64,000 bases of DNA from an uncultured Gammaproteobacteria bacterium. Lineage in GTDB: Bacteria; Patescibacteriota; Patescibacteriia; GWA2-47-26. The first letter of the stretch is position 1. Every line of letters begins with the position of its first letter. The stretch spans positions 644 through 64,643 of the forward strand of contig CAZHIP010000003.1 in the NCBI GenBank assembly GCA_964532925.1, given 5' to 3'. The notes under the pieces were generated by a model. That model ran no database searches and was not told the DNA's origin. It worked only from the letters and a program-made list of their open reading frames with translations. Positions 63,920 to 64,000 of this stretch are shown one piece after another. The translations under genes were made by a program, and so were the position numbers.

Positions 63920-64000
63920 TGATCCGCTATGGTCCCCAGCAGGTGTCTTTTTTGTGATTTCAAAGCGGTCTCCATTTTGACGTAGGCGTAGCTGAGGGTG

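Noticed and set aside
1-64000. CRISPR arrays, rRNA genes, IS elements or transposases
   Set aside because: No regularly spaced direct repeats with unique spacers, no 16S/23S/5S-like conserved words, and no DDE-transposase-like ORFs were seen. The only recombinase is the XerC/D-like gene.
63920-64000. Alternative upstream start METALKSQKRHLLG for the CYTH-like gene
   Set aside because: It is in a different frame from the 63587-63919 ORF and runs to the window edge. This cannot be resolved without sequence beyond 64000, so a possible frameshift or truncated gene is flagged in the feature list instead.

Overview
This 64-kb window looks like a small-genome, candidate-phyla-radiation (Patescibacteria)-like bacterium: AT-leaning, densely packed with housekeeping genes, and dotted with tRNAs and surface-protein genes. 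I read about 75 coding regions.

**Core genes.**
- The 3' end of tatC followed by two tandem tatA copies.
- A replication-origin locus: dnaN and dnaA, then rpmH-rnpA-yidD diverging on the other strand.
- Housekeeping and envelope genes: truB, ruvB, pnp-rpsO, trigger factor, an H+-pyrophosphatase, lspA, comM, and xerC.
- Oxygen-defence genes ahpC and a divergent sod.
- An HlyD-type efflux adaptor near position 5600; the matching ABC ATPase and FtsX-type permease lie about 10 kb away.

**tRNAs.** Eight: Phe, Pro, Gly(TCC), Leu(TAA), Gly(GCC), Leu(TAG), Arg(TCT) and His(GTG). Several have degenerate partial copies beside them.

**Regions worth a second look.**
1. A roughly 8-kb minus-strand operon (50600-58520): galU, a sugar-type ABC solute-binding protein, then ten tandem paralogous small secreted proteins. 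Each has a variable, sometimes Cys-rich, outer domain on a conserved TrbC/VirB2-pilin-like double-membrane-helix core.
2. A 2365-aa surface protein with an N-terminal membrane anchor, about 40 Kelch-like repeats and about 10 FN3-like repeats. It converges on an 832-aa membrane-anchored protein carrying four lamin-tail domains and an OB fold.
3. A GC-rich islet (47990-49900) after xerC, tRNA-Arg, an Smr-domain gene and tRNA-His. It holds a tandemly duplicated two-gene cassette, and each copy ends in a near-identical terminator.
4. tRNA-Phe and tRNA-Gly(TCC) each accompanied by partial tRNA-like copies. tRNA-Phe also sits inside a GC-rich segment with a glycoside-hydrolase-like gene.
5. A DUF559 endonuclease-domain gene flanked on both sides by closely related 23-nt palindromes.
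6. A 24-nt motif shared by two operon-internal 5' leader regions.

I found no CRISPR array, rRNA or transposase. All functional calls rest on motif recognition by eye; no database search was run.
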